From an uncultured Clostridia bacterium (lineage in GTDB: Bacteria; Acidobacteriota; Aminicenantia; UBA2199), in assembly GCA_964633415.1 (NCBI GenBank), contig CAZWFY010000009.1, forward strand, positions 7,389-71,388: DNA of 64,000 nucleotides, in the 5' to 3' direction. A program made the translations under genes and the position numbers. The notes under the pieces were generated by a model. The model did not search any database. It was not told the DNA's origin and saw nothing but the letters and a program-made list of their open reading frames with translations. Each line of letters begins with the position of its first letter. Position 1 is the first letter of the stretch. Shown here in pieces: positions 51,101-61,012 of the stretch.

Positions 51101-51357
51101 AACCTGTCCGAAGCAAATGCGATAAACTTTCCGTCCGGCGACCAAACCGGTTTAAAATCATATGCACTGTGTCTTGTCAGTTGCACAGCCTTCCCACCTG
51201 CTGAATCAACAATAAATATATCACCCTGGAAACTGAAAGCAATCTGTTCTCCACTTGGCGATATAGCCGGATATCTCATCCAGTTTTCAGATGAATAAAG
51301 ATTCATTATCGAAATCAGAAATAGTAGTGAAAATAAAATTGTTTTAAAATTTTTCAT
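48118..51357 (-). CDS. Tricorn protease homolog (tandem beta-propellers + PDZ + S41 peptidase)
   Basis: Signal peptide. WMRYPAISPSGEQIAFSFQGDIFIV and repeated PD40/TolB-like blades. C-terminal IVVDTRFNGGGW and VMSESNYSDAH S41-like core. 1079 aa matches tricorn length. Confidence 0.7.
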   Translation of the reverse strand: MKNFKTILFSLLFLISIMNLYSSENWMRYPAISPSGEQIAFSFQGDIFIVDSAGGKAVQLTRHSAYDFKPVWSPDGKFIAFASDRFGNFDIFYISIDGGKAKRLTFHSAGDIPTGFTPEGEYVIFYSSRMDSVKSVLFPSGVLPELYSVNVKGGLPNRILTSPAIDAVMNKNGDKILYHDRKGYENRWRKHHVSSVARDIWLYDIKSKKHKKLTEFKGEDRNPLWSSDQENVFFISEKSGSFNVWEMNLNNVNEKKQITFFTKNPVRFLSISKNDELCFGYNGKIFIKKKNEVNPLKVNVDINPDESTNPVKHINVSSGITQYVLSPNGKEVAYIARGEVFVTSVDYGITKRITNTPEQERSVSFSPDGRKLLFAGELNNSWNLYEAKIESKDEPYFYASTLIKTYPILESDKDTFQPLYSPNGEEVAFLETRTTLRVINLKSKKVRTVLSGDKNYSYSDGDQWFSWSPDSKWLLVQYLDKKIWIDEVGLVDASCSKSVVNLTKSGYADEMPIWSKKGDFMIWASDKYGMRSHGSWGAQFDVYAMFFTKDSFDKFTLSKAEYALKKEMEKKNKKDVENGKSKKEEKKSKEKEKIKNIAIDLKNIEDRVVKLTVRSSNLVDSALSPDEKTLVYISRYKKGFALWSNVLREKKVKLVTKFRSAGRGLVFDKKGKNVFVLAGTRIVKVNLTNGMQKPVSVSAEMEVNSEREREYMFEHVWRQVKEKFYDPNLHNIDWKYYKEFYKKFLPSINNNYDFAELLSEMLGELNASHTGSGYRVRSRNGDSTASMGLFFDTGFNGPGLKVAEVIEKGPFDRADSKVKNGVIIKKIDGIPIVKGLNYYTILNRKSGKYILVSLTDPSTGKSWTEKIKPISLHRLNNLLYERWVKSRRDETEKLSGGKIGYVHIRGMDSHSFRTIYSEIMGRNYNKDGIVVDTRFNGGGWLHNDLVILLSGKKYMTFYPRKRAIGIEPMNRWVKKSVVVMSESNYSDAHMFPFSYKALKIGKLVGMPVPGTGTAVWWETLQDRSLYFGIPQVGMLGNDGKYLENQQLYPDYRVLNDYESVSMGKDKQLRKAVEVILKEK

Positions 51358-51476
51358 ATAATTCTCCTTAACACTTTTGTAGATTTTTCTTAAATATATT
51401 ATACGATTAAAAAGAGAAAAGGTTAAAAATGAAAAAAAAAAATACTAACAAATCTTTCAATATACAATATCTCTAA

Positions 51477-53366
51477 TTACAATTTTATTGTTCTCTTAGA
51501 TCTTTTCAGTTCCCCTCTCATTTTATCTAACTGTTTCTTATAATAATCAATATTATCGACGGCGGTTCTCAATGCATTGTATGCCGCTTTATAAGCATCT
51601 TCATATCTTTCATTTGCAAGATAAGCTTCCGAAAGCGTATCAAATATATGAGCCGCTTCCTTTAACCTTATAGCTTGCAGAGCAAGTCTTAACCCCTTCT
51701 TTGGAGACCTCACGGATTCATCTTTGCAAGTAATTAAAAGCCAAGCAAGATTATTTAAAATTTCCGGTTGATTTTCATTTAGATATAAACTTTTTTCATA
51801 ATTGCTCTCCGCAAGTTTCCATTTTGACTGTTCATAATAGAGGGATGCAAGAGTTGCATATAAACGAGGATCGGCAGGAGATGAATCAATCTTCTTTTCT
51901 AAAGCTTTTATAATAATATTTGTTTCGAATTTACGGATAGAAAGAGTTGTGGATGGTGACAAAGAAAAAAATGTAAAAATCAGCAGGATAAACAGATATG
52001 ATATTATCGATTTTTTAACCTTAGATCCATGTTTCCGGATAATCCTTTTATCCTTCATACACTCCGTCAGGAAATCTACTCTCTCCCCTATTGTAAAATG
52101 ATGCCAGTTGGAGCCTCTCTTCTCATTTCCCGCAAGGAATCTGATCTTTTGAAAAGCAGAAATGAGGAGTCCGGGATCAACATCAGATTCAAAACAGAAA
52201 AGATCTGCCTCCCGTTCAAAATTTCTCATAAAATAAGCAAATATATACCTGAAATAAACAATAAAAAAGATAATATAAACAGAAGCAATAAAAAAATTGA
52301 AAAAACCCGTTCCGGAATTATTACTTAGATTAAAAAACATATTAAAACCGAATTGAAAATTTAATACTGCTAATTCAACAAGGGTTATCATTCCGCTTCC
52401 GATTATTATGAATCCGATAAAAAACAGAAGATAGTAAAATAAATGTCTCTTTTTTACATGCCCTGTTTCATGACTTATAACGGCAATCATTTCATCATCA
52501 TTAAGAATATTTTTAAGACCCGGAGTAATAAGAAGATATCTGAAACGCTTAAAAAAACCTATTACCGCAGCCGTAATAAGATCACCTCCGAAAGAGTTCC
52601 AATAAAGAATCTTTTTAAACTCGATACCTTGAGCTCTCGAATAATTCAATATCGATCTTTTTAAATTTCCCTCTTCCATTTCCGAACAGTTCCACATTCT
52701 GACAATAAGCGAAGGAGACAGGAATATGAAAAGTAGTAAAAAAAGGATTAAAAATACGAGCTGAAAAAGAAAAGACGAACTATTCCGAACAACCCATTCT
52801 ATTTTTATTAGACCGAGTATATCGGATAAAAGCGTGATTCCTATCCATGGAATAAGAACCACAAGGTTAAACTTAATATTCTCGATAATATATCTGTATG
52901 GATTTAATCCGTATCCTATCTCTTCTCCAAAGAACCTGAAACTCCAATACCAGATAATAGCAAGATGCAAAATAAAAACAGCTATCATTGATATATTTAC
53001 GAAAGTTCCGATCCCGGAAAAACCGAAAAGAGAATAGAGAATCGGTTTAAGATCAAATACAAACAACTCGAGAGAAAAGAATATAAGTGCTAAAAATGAA
53101 TTTTTGTCTGTATTTTTTACTATATCTCTTTTTATATTAATATCTTCCCCATCTCTCTCCTCAAATCCCTTCTTCAATTTCACAAATCTCATCCTGTTCA
53201 AATGGGAAAATATCATTAAGATAAGCATGATGAAAAGAATATCCTCCAAAGGTGAAAAAAGAGTGTTCTGCGTTATCGGAGCAACAGAAAAAAGAACTAC
53301 AGCTACAATAAAATATATAAAATTTTTGTATATCATTAACCGTCCCTTAATTGATTTGTCTGTCAA
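51477..53366 (-). CDS. Polytopic membrane M48-family zinc metalloprotease fused to C-terminal TPR repeats
   Basis: HETGHVKKRH is HExxH. More than 8 TM helices. C-terminal TPR-like repeats (YATLASLYYEQSKW..., LNNLAWLLI...). Confidence 0.7.
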   Translation of the reverse strand: MTDKSIKGRLMIYKNFIYFIVAVVLFSVAPITQNTLFSPLEDILFIMLILMIFSHLNRMRFVKLKKGFEERDGEDINIKRDIVKNTDKNSFLALIFFSLELFVFDLKPILYSLFGFSGIGTFVNISMIAVFILHLAIIWYWSFRFFGEEIGYGLNPYRYIIENIKFNLVVLIPWIGITLLSDILGLIKIEWVVRNSSSFLFQLVFLILFLLLFIFLSPSLIVRMWNCSEMEEGNLKRSILNYSRAQGIEFKKILYWNSFGGDLITAAVIGFFKRFRYLLITPGLKNILNDDEMIAVISHETGHVKKRHLFYYLLFFIGFIIIGSGMITLVELAVLNFQFGFNMFFNLSNNSGTGFFNFFIASVYIIFFIVYFRYIFAYFMRNFEREADLFCFESDVDPGLLISAFQKIRFLAGNEKRGSNWHHFTIGERVDFLTECMKDKRIIRKHGSKVKKSIISYLFILLIFTFFSLSPSTTLSIRKFETNIIIKALEKKIDSSPADPRLYATLASLYYEQSKWKLAESNYEKSLYLNENQPEILNNLAWLLITCKDESVRSPKKGLRLALQAIRLKEAAHIFDTLSEAYLANERYEDAYKAAYNALRTAVDNIDYYKKQLDKMRGELKRSKRTIKL

Positions 53367-53420
53367 TTTTATTACTTATAACCATTAATTGCAATAGATC
53401 CGAAGCGGTGGTAGAATAAC

Positions 53421-54419
53421 ATGTTTAAAAAGGAAAATATGATGATTGATAAAGCTTTTAATTCAATTTTGGATACGGTTGGAAACACTCCCATTGTGAA
53501 ACTTAACAAGGTAACATCTGAGATAAAAGGTGAAATATTTGCAAAACTTGAATTTTTCAATCCGATGGGAAGTGTTAAAGACAGAGCTGCAAAATATATG
53601 ATAGAACAAGCGGAAAAAGATGGCAGGATTAAAGAGGGACAATTGATTATCGAAAGTTCTTCGGGAAATACAGCTCTTGGTCTTGCACTTATAGCTATCC
53701 AGAAGGGGTACAAGCTGAAAGTGGTTGTCAGAGATAGAATCAGTCCCGAAAAACTTAACCTTCTTGAGACTTTGGGTGTTGATGTACTTAAGGTTGACAG
53801 TTCACTTCCTCCGGAATCTCCCGAAAGCTACAACAATATTACTCCAAAGCTTGTTAAGGAGACAAAAAATTCCTATTTTCCAGACCAACATAATAATCCG
53901 GAAAATAATGACTCACATTACAATTCCACAGGCCCGGAGATATGGGAGCAGATGGAAGGTAAAATAGACTATTTTATTGCAGGTATAGGCACGGGAGGAA
54001 CTATAGGGGGAGTCGCAAAATTCCTCAAAGAGAAAGATCCCGGGATCAAGATCATAGCAATAGATCCCGAAGGTTCCATATTTTATGATTATTTTAAATA
54101 TAAAAAGATGGTTGAACCCAAACCATATCTAATAGAAGGTCTCGGTGATGAATTTCTCATCAAATGTGCCGACTTTTCAAACATAGATGATATGTTTAGA
54201 GTATCGGACAGAGATTCATTCCTCTTTGCAAGAAAACTGTTAAAAGAAGAGGGGATCCTTGCAGGAGGTTCCTCGGGTGCAGCACTATGGGGAGCATTAA
54301 AACTTGCAAAAGAGATTAATAAAGATGCCCGGATTGTCACAATATTTCCCGATAGTTCAAACAGATATCTCAGTACAATATTCAACGATGAATGGATGAA
54401 AGAGAAAGGATTCCTTTAA
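53421..54419 (+). CDS. Cysteine synthase family PLP-dependent enzyme (CysK/CysM/CBS-like)
   Basis: GNTPIVKLN, PLP lysine in SVKDRAA, SSGNTALGLALIA and GIGTGGT motifs. Confidence 0.8.
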   Translation: MFKKENMMIDKAFNSILDTVGNTPIVKLNKVTSEIKGEIFAKLEFFNPMGSVKDRAAKYMIEQAEKDGRIKEGQLIIESSSGNTALGLALIAIQKGYKLKVVVRDRISPEKLNLLETLGVDVLKVDSSLPPESPESYNNITPKLVKETKNSYFPDQHNNPENNDSHYNSTGPEIWEQMEGKIDYFIAGIGTGGTIGGVAKFLKEKDPGIKIIAIDPEGSIFYDYFKYKKMVEPKPYLIEGLGDEFLIKCADFSNIDDMFRVSDRDSFLFARKLLKEEGILAGGSSGAALWGALKLAKEINKDARIVTIFPDSSNRYLSTIFNDEWMKEKGFL

Positions 54420-54420
54420 A

Positions 54421-56055
54421 TCAATCCTTGTTTTTTAGTTTTATATAATGGTCAATGAGTGCATTAGTTGAACTGTCATGATTTTTTACATCCGGTTTCT
54501 CACTGTTAAGTTCAGAAAATATTTTTTCCGATAATCTTTTACCCGATTCCACACCCCACTGATCAAATGAATCAATATTCCAGATAACTCCCTGGACAAA
54601 AACCTTATGTTCATAGATTGCTATTAACTTTCCGAGAAAATAGGGAGATAATTCATCCATAACCATAGTATTTGACGGACGATTGCCTCTGCAAACAAGA
54701 TGTGGAATGATTTTTTCATCCCTTCCGTTAATTCTTAATTTTTCCTCTTCAACCCCGAATGCAAGAGCTTCACTCTGTGCAATCATATTTGATATCAGCA
54801 TATCATGGAACTCGTCTCTTCCTTTTCCGGATCTTGCAAACCCTATAAAATCCACCGGAATAATATCCGTTCCCTGATGCAAAAGCTGGAAAAAAGAGTG
54901 TTGAGCATTTGTACCTCTATCTCCGAAAATCACCGGAACCGTATCAATCAAAACACTTTTTCCATTTATATCAACACTTTTTCCATTGGACTCCATCTCC
55001 AGTTGCTGAAGATATTTAGTGAAATATTTGAGCTCTTCACCGTATGGAATAACTGCCGCTGCACTTCTGCCAAAAAAATTCCTATTCCAAATTCCGATCA
55101 GACCGAGTAGAACGGGGATGTTTCTTCTAAAAGGAGCATATCTGAAATGGTTGTCTACGGAATGAAACCCTTTTAAAAATCGATCATACTTTTCACGCCC
55201 TAAAGATATCATCAGCGAAAGATTTACTGCAGATGATACCGAAAATCTTCCCCCTATCCATTCTCCTATCTCAAAAACATTGTCCTCTTGAATCCCAAAC
55301 GCCAGAGCATTATCCTTTTTTGCGGTTATTGCAATAAAATGATCTTTAATCGGATTTGTGATTTTCAATCTATTACTTAGCCAGTCAACGGCAGATCCGG
55401 CATTCATCATTGTCTCTTTTGTTGAAAATGATTTTGAAATAATTATAAAAAGTGTCTCCTCAGGATCAAGTTTCTTATAAACATTTTCGGAGAACGTTCT
55501 GTCTAAATTGGAAATAAAATATTGATTTATCCCTTCCGATCCATATCTTTTCAAAGCACAATAGGACATTAACGGACCTAAATATGATCCTCCTATTCCG
55601 ATATTCACTATATTTCTGATTCTCTTTCCTGTCCCGCCTTTCCTTTCCCCGGAAACTATACCGTTGGAAAACTTCTGCATTTTTTTATACGTTGAAGATA
55701 CAATCTGTTCTACATCAGTTCCGGATATCACTGATTTATCACTAAAGACATCTCTTGATACGGTATGAAGAGCAGGCCTGTTCTCTGTGGCATTAACTTT
55801 CCCCCCGTTAAACAGATCTTCGATCTTTTCTCCAAGAGAAACTTTTTTCGCTAATTTAACAAGAAGATCAACACTCTCTTCCGTTAACTGATTTTTTGAA
55901 TAATCAAAATAGATACCATCTTCATAAAGAGAAAATGTTTTTCCTCTTTTGTTATCTTTAGCAAAAAGTTTTTCAATGTTTATACTTTTAATTTCTTCAA
56001 AGTGATTCTTGACAGTCTTCCACTCTGTTAAATCCGATATACTATTTTTTTCCAT
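54421..56055 (-). CDS. pgi: Glucose-6-phosphate isomerase
   Basis: DYSKNQLTEE, NIGIGGSYLGP and GGRFSVSSAVN PGI signatures. 544 aa. Confidence 0.9.
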   Translation of the reverse strand: MEKNSISDLTEWKTVKNHFEEIKSINIEKLFAKDNKRGKTFSLYEDGIYFDYSKNQLTEESVDLLVKLAKKVSLGEKIEDLFNGGKVNATENRPALHTVSRDVFSDKSVISGTDVEQIVSSTYKKMQKFSNGIVSGERKGGTGKRIRNIVNIGIGGSYLGPLMSYCALKRYGSEGINQYFISNLDRTFSENVYKKLDPEETLFIIISKSFSTKETMMNAGSAVDWLSNRLKITNPIKDHFIAITAKKDNALAFGIQEDNVFEIGEWIGGRFSVSSAVNLSLMISLGREKYDRFLKGFHSVDNHFRYAPFRRNIPVLLGLIGIWNRNFFGRSAAAVIPYGEELKYFTKYLQQLEMESNGKSVDINGKSVLIDTVPVIFGDRGTNAQHSFFQLLHQGTDIIPVDFIGFARSGKGRDEFHDMLISNMIAQSEALAFGVEEEKLRINGRDEKIIPHLVCRGNRPSNTMVMDELSPYFLGKLIAIYEHKVFVQGVIWNIDSFDQWGVESGKRLSEKIFSELNSEKPDVKNHDSSTNALIDHYIKLKNKD

Positions 56056-56083
56056 AAACTTTTAATACTTCAATACAAAAATA

Positions 56084-56845
56084 TTATAAAAAATATTCTC
56101 TGTAATATTTCAAAGATTTTTCAAGATCCGCCCTTGAATGGGGTTCAAGAGTAACGGTAAACCTGTTGGGAAGTTCTGACAATACACTCTTCACCTCCTC
56201 CCAGCAGATATCCCCTTCGCCAAGAGGAAGGTGGTCATCGCCGCTCCCATTATTATCGTGGAAATGAAAGTGAATAGGTTTTTCCGAACTCAGAAGTAAT
56301 AACCATTCCTTGAAAGGGATAGTTCCGAAAACTCTATGATGTCCAAAATCAAAACAGTGAATAAGATTATTGTTATTTATTCTTTTTTCGAGATCCAAAG
56401 CCATAACCGGTGTCTGATCCGCAATATTTTCAATTGCTACAAGAGGAGGAGAATAAGCCATGAGTTTTTTAAAGAAAATCGAAGAGTTTTTCAACCACAT
56501 ATCTTTATACTCTCTATAATATATATTATCAAAATTATAATGAACAACAACGAGATAGGAATTCCATTGTTTCCCCATCTCCATAACTTTTTTTAATTTA
56601 TTAAAACTAAGATCTCTTATTTCAGAATCAGACCCGCCTGTAGATATATCAAGGAAAGGGGCATGAATCGTATTTGATCCGAATTTCTTAAGTATCTTTG
56701 AAAACTTTTTTATTTCCTCTTCATCAATATCTTTTAATGTCTCTCCATCAAGATATATTTCCGGATTAATTCCGTTCTCAAAGAAAAATCTCCACTCATT
56801 AATAAAATTTGCGGCTTTTACTCTGACAAAAAGATCCTTAAACAT
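56084..56845 (-). CDS. Xylose-isomerase-like TIM-barrel protein (sugar phosphate isomerase/epimerase family)
   Basis: IHAPFLDISTG...YLVVVHYNFD...HFHFHDNNGSGDDHLPLGEG is the AP-endonuclease-2/TIM-barrel metal-site pattern. Confidence 0.55.
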   Translation of the reverse strand: MFKDLFVRVKAANFINEWRFFFENGINPEIYLDGETLKDIDEEEIKKFSKILKKFGSNTIHAPFLDISTGGSDSEIRDLSFNKLKKVMEMGKQWNSYLVVVHYNFDNIYYREYKDMWLKNSSIFFKKLMAYSPPLVAIENIADQTPVMALDLEKRINNNNLIHCFDFGHHRVFGTIPFKEWLLLLSSEKPIHFHFHDNNGSGDDHLPLGEGDICWEEVKSVLSELPNRFTVTLEPHSRADLEKSLKYYREYFL

Positions 56846-56850
56846 TTATA

Positions 56851-57219
56851 CTAATCCATTAGCTGTTCAAATTTAATTGACAAGTCTTTTACACTCAAAG
56901 GTTTCGGAATAAAATTTTCAACTTTTTTTCCGAATATTTTATCTTCAAGATACTGCTTGCCATATCCTGAAGTAAAAAGAATTTTGACATCAGGATATTC
57001 ACTTTTAAGGATCTCTCCAACTTCATTTCCCTTTAAGTCAGGCATTTCAACATCCAATAACACTAAAAATATTTTCCCATATAGTTCTCTAAACAGCTTT
57101 ATCCCGTCCTTTCCTGATGACGCCGTAACACAGTTGTAACCCATCATCTCAATCATCGCAGCACCGGTATCCCGGATTATTTTTTCATCATCAATAAGTA
57201 GGATAATTTTTTTTTTCAT
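56851..57219 (-). CDS. Single-domain response regulator (CheY-like receiver)
   Basis: ILLIDDE...VLLDVEMPDLKGNEV...ILFTSGYG carry the conserved Asp pocket, phospho-Asp and Thr/Lys positions. Confidence 0.8.
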   Translation of the reverse strand: MKKKIILLIDDEKIIRDTGAAMIEMMGYNCVTASSGKDGIKLFRELYGKIFLVLLDVEMPDLKGNEVGEILKSEYPDVKILFTSGYGKQYLEDKIFGKKVENFIPKPLSVKDLSIKFEQLMD

Positions 57220-57224
57220 ATCTT

Positions 57225-58283
57225 CTATTTTCTAATAACTCTTACACCTCTGATCTTCTGATCTACCGGAAACTCTCCGAGAAGAATATAACCGCTTTTC
57301 ATATTTTTCACAAGTACTTTCACCTTCACTCTTTCCCACTCAAATATATTGTCATAGAGAGACTGAAGAGATGAAACACTTATACCGAATTCAGCAGTTA
57401 AAGTGATCTTCTTACTCAAATCCCCGGGTTTTATCACTCTGTTTATCATTGGATAACCGCTCTGTTTTCTATCGCCACTCTTTTCAAAAGAGAAAACAGC
57501 GGAAAAAACAAGTTTTTTAATATCCGTATCACCTATGTTTTTTACTTTCAAATCAATTAAAGGATAAATAATAACATCACCTGCTTTTTGAATCTTATAT
57601 ATCCACTCACTCTTATAATTATCAACTTTTAAAGAACTTTTTAAATTTTCATCTTCAGCACTATCCAAATCAAGAAACTCTCTATTGCCTTTAATAACCT
57701 GTTTTACAGGATAAGTCCCACCGATCCTTGAAGGAGGTGAACCCTTAGTTCTTGCAAAAATCTTTACTCTCAATTTTTTCCAGTTTTCTAATTTTTCATA
57801 GAATGCCTTTACAGAAGAAGCAGTATAACCGTTAGCTCCCGATAAAACGATTTTCTCACTGATTTCACCCGGCTTGAGAGGATTCTGCATACTTTTGGAA
57901 TATCCTGAAGTATGAGTCTTTCCGGTCAGAACAAATTCAAAAACCCCCTCAAAATCTACGAATTGTAACGGTTCACTGCCAATATTTTTAACCTTTAAGG
58001 ATATAACAGGAACTATCTTGACCATAACATCTTTGAAATTAGTCTTAACTTCCCGCCATTCCGTTTCCTGCCAGACAATTTCCATTGATCTTCTTACCTG
58101 ACTGCTATTCCATGTGGATTTAAATGAAGTGACAATCACAATCGCAGCAATAAGAAAAGCGGCAATAAGAATAAAATTAATCCAATATTTAGGATCATTT
58201 ATCCTCTGCTTCAAATCTTTTTTTTCCCCGTTATATTTATTGAATATGGAATCATTGTCATTCATTATTTCCTCCGCCTGCAA
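57225..58283 (-). CDS. Hypothetical membrane-anchored protein with two internal repeats
   Basis: N-terminal TM. Two ~110-aa units share VxIxPxIxLKVKNIGxxxxxxxxFxxVFxF...KPGxxSxKIxLxxxxGxxxSSxxxxYxxxxxWxxxxVKxxxK. Confidence 0.45.
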   Translation of the reverse strand: MQAEEIMNDNDSIFNKYNGEKKDLKQRINDPKYWINFILIAAFLIAAIVIVTSFKSTWNSSQVRRSMEIVWQETEWREVKTNFKDVMVKIVPVISLKVKNIGSEPLQFVDFEGVFEFVLTGKTHTSGYSKSMQNPLKPGEISEKIVLSGANGYTASSVKAFYEKLENWKKLRVKIFARTKGSPPSRIGGTYPVKQVIKGNREFLDLDSAEDENLKSSLKVDNYKSEWIYKIQKAGDVIIYPLIDLKVKNIGDTDIKKLVFSAVFSFEKSGDRKQSGYPMINRVIKPGDLSKKITLTAEFGISVSSLQSLYDNIFEWERVKVKVLVKNMKSGYILLGEFPVDQKIRGVRVIRK

Positions 58284-58308
58284 TCACTATTTTAACAAAA
58301 AGAGATAT

Positions 58309-58338
58309 AAAAAAAAAGGGGGGCGAAAAAGCCCCCCC
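58309..58338 (-). terminator. Rho-independent terminator for gdhA (ggggggc/gcccccc stem, T9 on minus strand)
   Basis: aaaaaaaaaGGGGGGCgaaaaaGCCCCCCC lies 27 nt downstream (on the minus strand) of the gdhA stop. Confidence 0.75.
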
Positions 58339-58364
58339 ATTGTATTTTCAGGTTTTTTTAACTA

Positions 58365-59726
<1,362 letters not shown>

Positions 59727-59829
59727 TTATCTCCTTTAAATCATTTTTTTTTGAATTCAATTTTTATCAAAAATATGTTAAGATGTCAACTATTTGTTAA
59801 TAAAATAAATTTTTTTTTGGAGACATAAA

Positions 59830-61011
59830 ATGGACAGATTATCTGCAAGAGTAAAGAGGATATCCGCCTCACCTACACTTGAACTTTTAAAGATCAAAAA
59901 CTCAATGATTAAAAAAGGTGATACTATATTGGATTTTGGTGCGGGAGAGCCTGATTTCAACACTCCTGATTTTATAAAAAAAGCCGGAATTGAGGCGATT
60001 AATAATAATTTCACCAAATATACTTCCGTTACAGGTATTCCGGAACTTAAGAAAGCGATTGCAGTGAATTATAAAAAAGAGCAGGGTTTTTTACCTGAGG
60101 ATAAAGAGATAATTGTAACACCGGGCAGCAAATACGGACTTTATCTGATAATTCAGGCTCTTATTGATGAAGGAGATGAAGTTATTATCCCTAAACCATA
60201 CTGGGTGACCTATCCTCAGCTTGTAAGTTTTGCAGGAGGAAAAGTTATCTATGCAGATCATATAAACGGAGTTGACCTATTCACAATTACCGCTGAATCC
60301 TATATAGAAAAGTATAGCGAAAAAACAAAGGCAATTATAGTAAACTCTCCTTCAAATCCCACCGGAGAAATAATGTCGGATTCCGAACTAAAAAGACTAC
60401 TTGAATTCTTCACAAAAAAGGATGTTTTTATTATTTTCGATGATTGTTACAGAAAGATCGTTTATACGGAAAAAGAATTCACATCACCGATCTCCCTTTT
60501 TCCGGATTCCTTCGGGAATCTTGCAATTGTAAGTTCACTCTCTAAAACATTTTCTATGACAGGTTGGAGAATAGGATATACAATTGCTCCTGAGTTTATC
60601 TGCAACTCAATGTCAAAAATTCAGGGACACTCCACATCAAACCCATGCTCAATATCTCAGAAATCTGCAATTGCAGCTCTTTTGGAAGAGGAAGGATCGG
60701 TTTTATCTATGGTTAAAAAATATAAACAAAGAAGAGATCTCATAACTCAAAAAATAAGAGAGATAGGAAATCTGAAATTTAAAATCCCTCAGGGAGCCTT
60801 TTACTTTTTTGTGGATTTCTCTTATTATATAACAAAAATGGGATTTAAGAATGATAAAGATTTTGCAATGGATATTCTGAATAAGCTGAAAATCATAACT
60901 GTTCCGGGATCTGCATTCGGAGCGGAAGGATATCTGCGAATTTCCTATGCAGCATCATTGGATATTCTTAAAGAGGGATTCAACAGACTTGAAAAATATT
61001 TGAACGGATAA
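59830..61011 (+). CDS. Class I/II pyridoxal-phosphate-dependent aminotransferase (aspartate aminotransferase-like)
   Basis: PLP-Lys motif SLSKTFSMTGWRIGY. NPTGEIMS. 393 aa. Confidence 0.85.
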   Translation: MDRLSARVKRISASPTLELLKIKNSMIKKGDTILDFGAGEPDFNTPDFIKKAGIEAINNNFTKYTSVTGIPELKKAIAVNYKKEQGFLPEDKEIIVTPGSKYGLYLIIQALIDEGDEVIIPKPYWVTYPQLVSFAGGKVIYADHINGVDLFTITAESYIEKYSEKTKAIIVNSPSNPTGEIMSDSELKRLLEFFTKKDVFIIFDDCYRKIVYTEKEFTSPISLFPDSFGNLAIVSSLSKTFSMTGWRIGYTIAPEFICNSMSKIQGHSTSNPCSISQKSAIAALLEEEGSVLSMVKKYKQRRDLITQKIREIGNLKFKIPQGAFYFFVDFSYYITKMGFKNDKDFAMDILNKLKIITVPGSAFGAEGYLRISYAASLDILKEGFNRLEKYLNG

Positions 61012-61012
61012 T

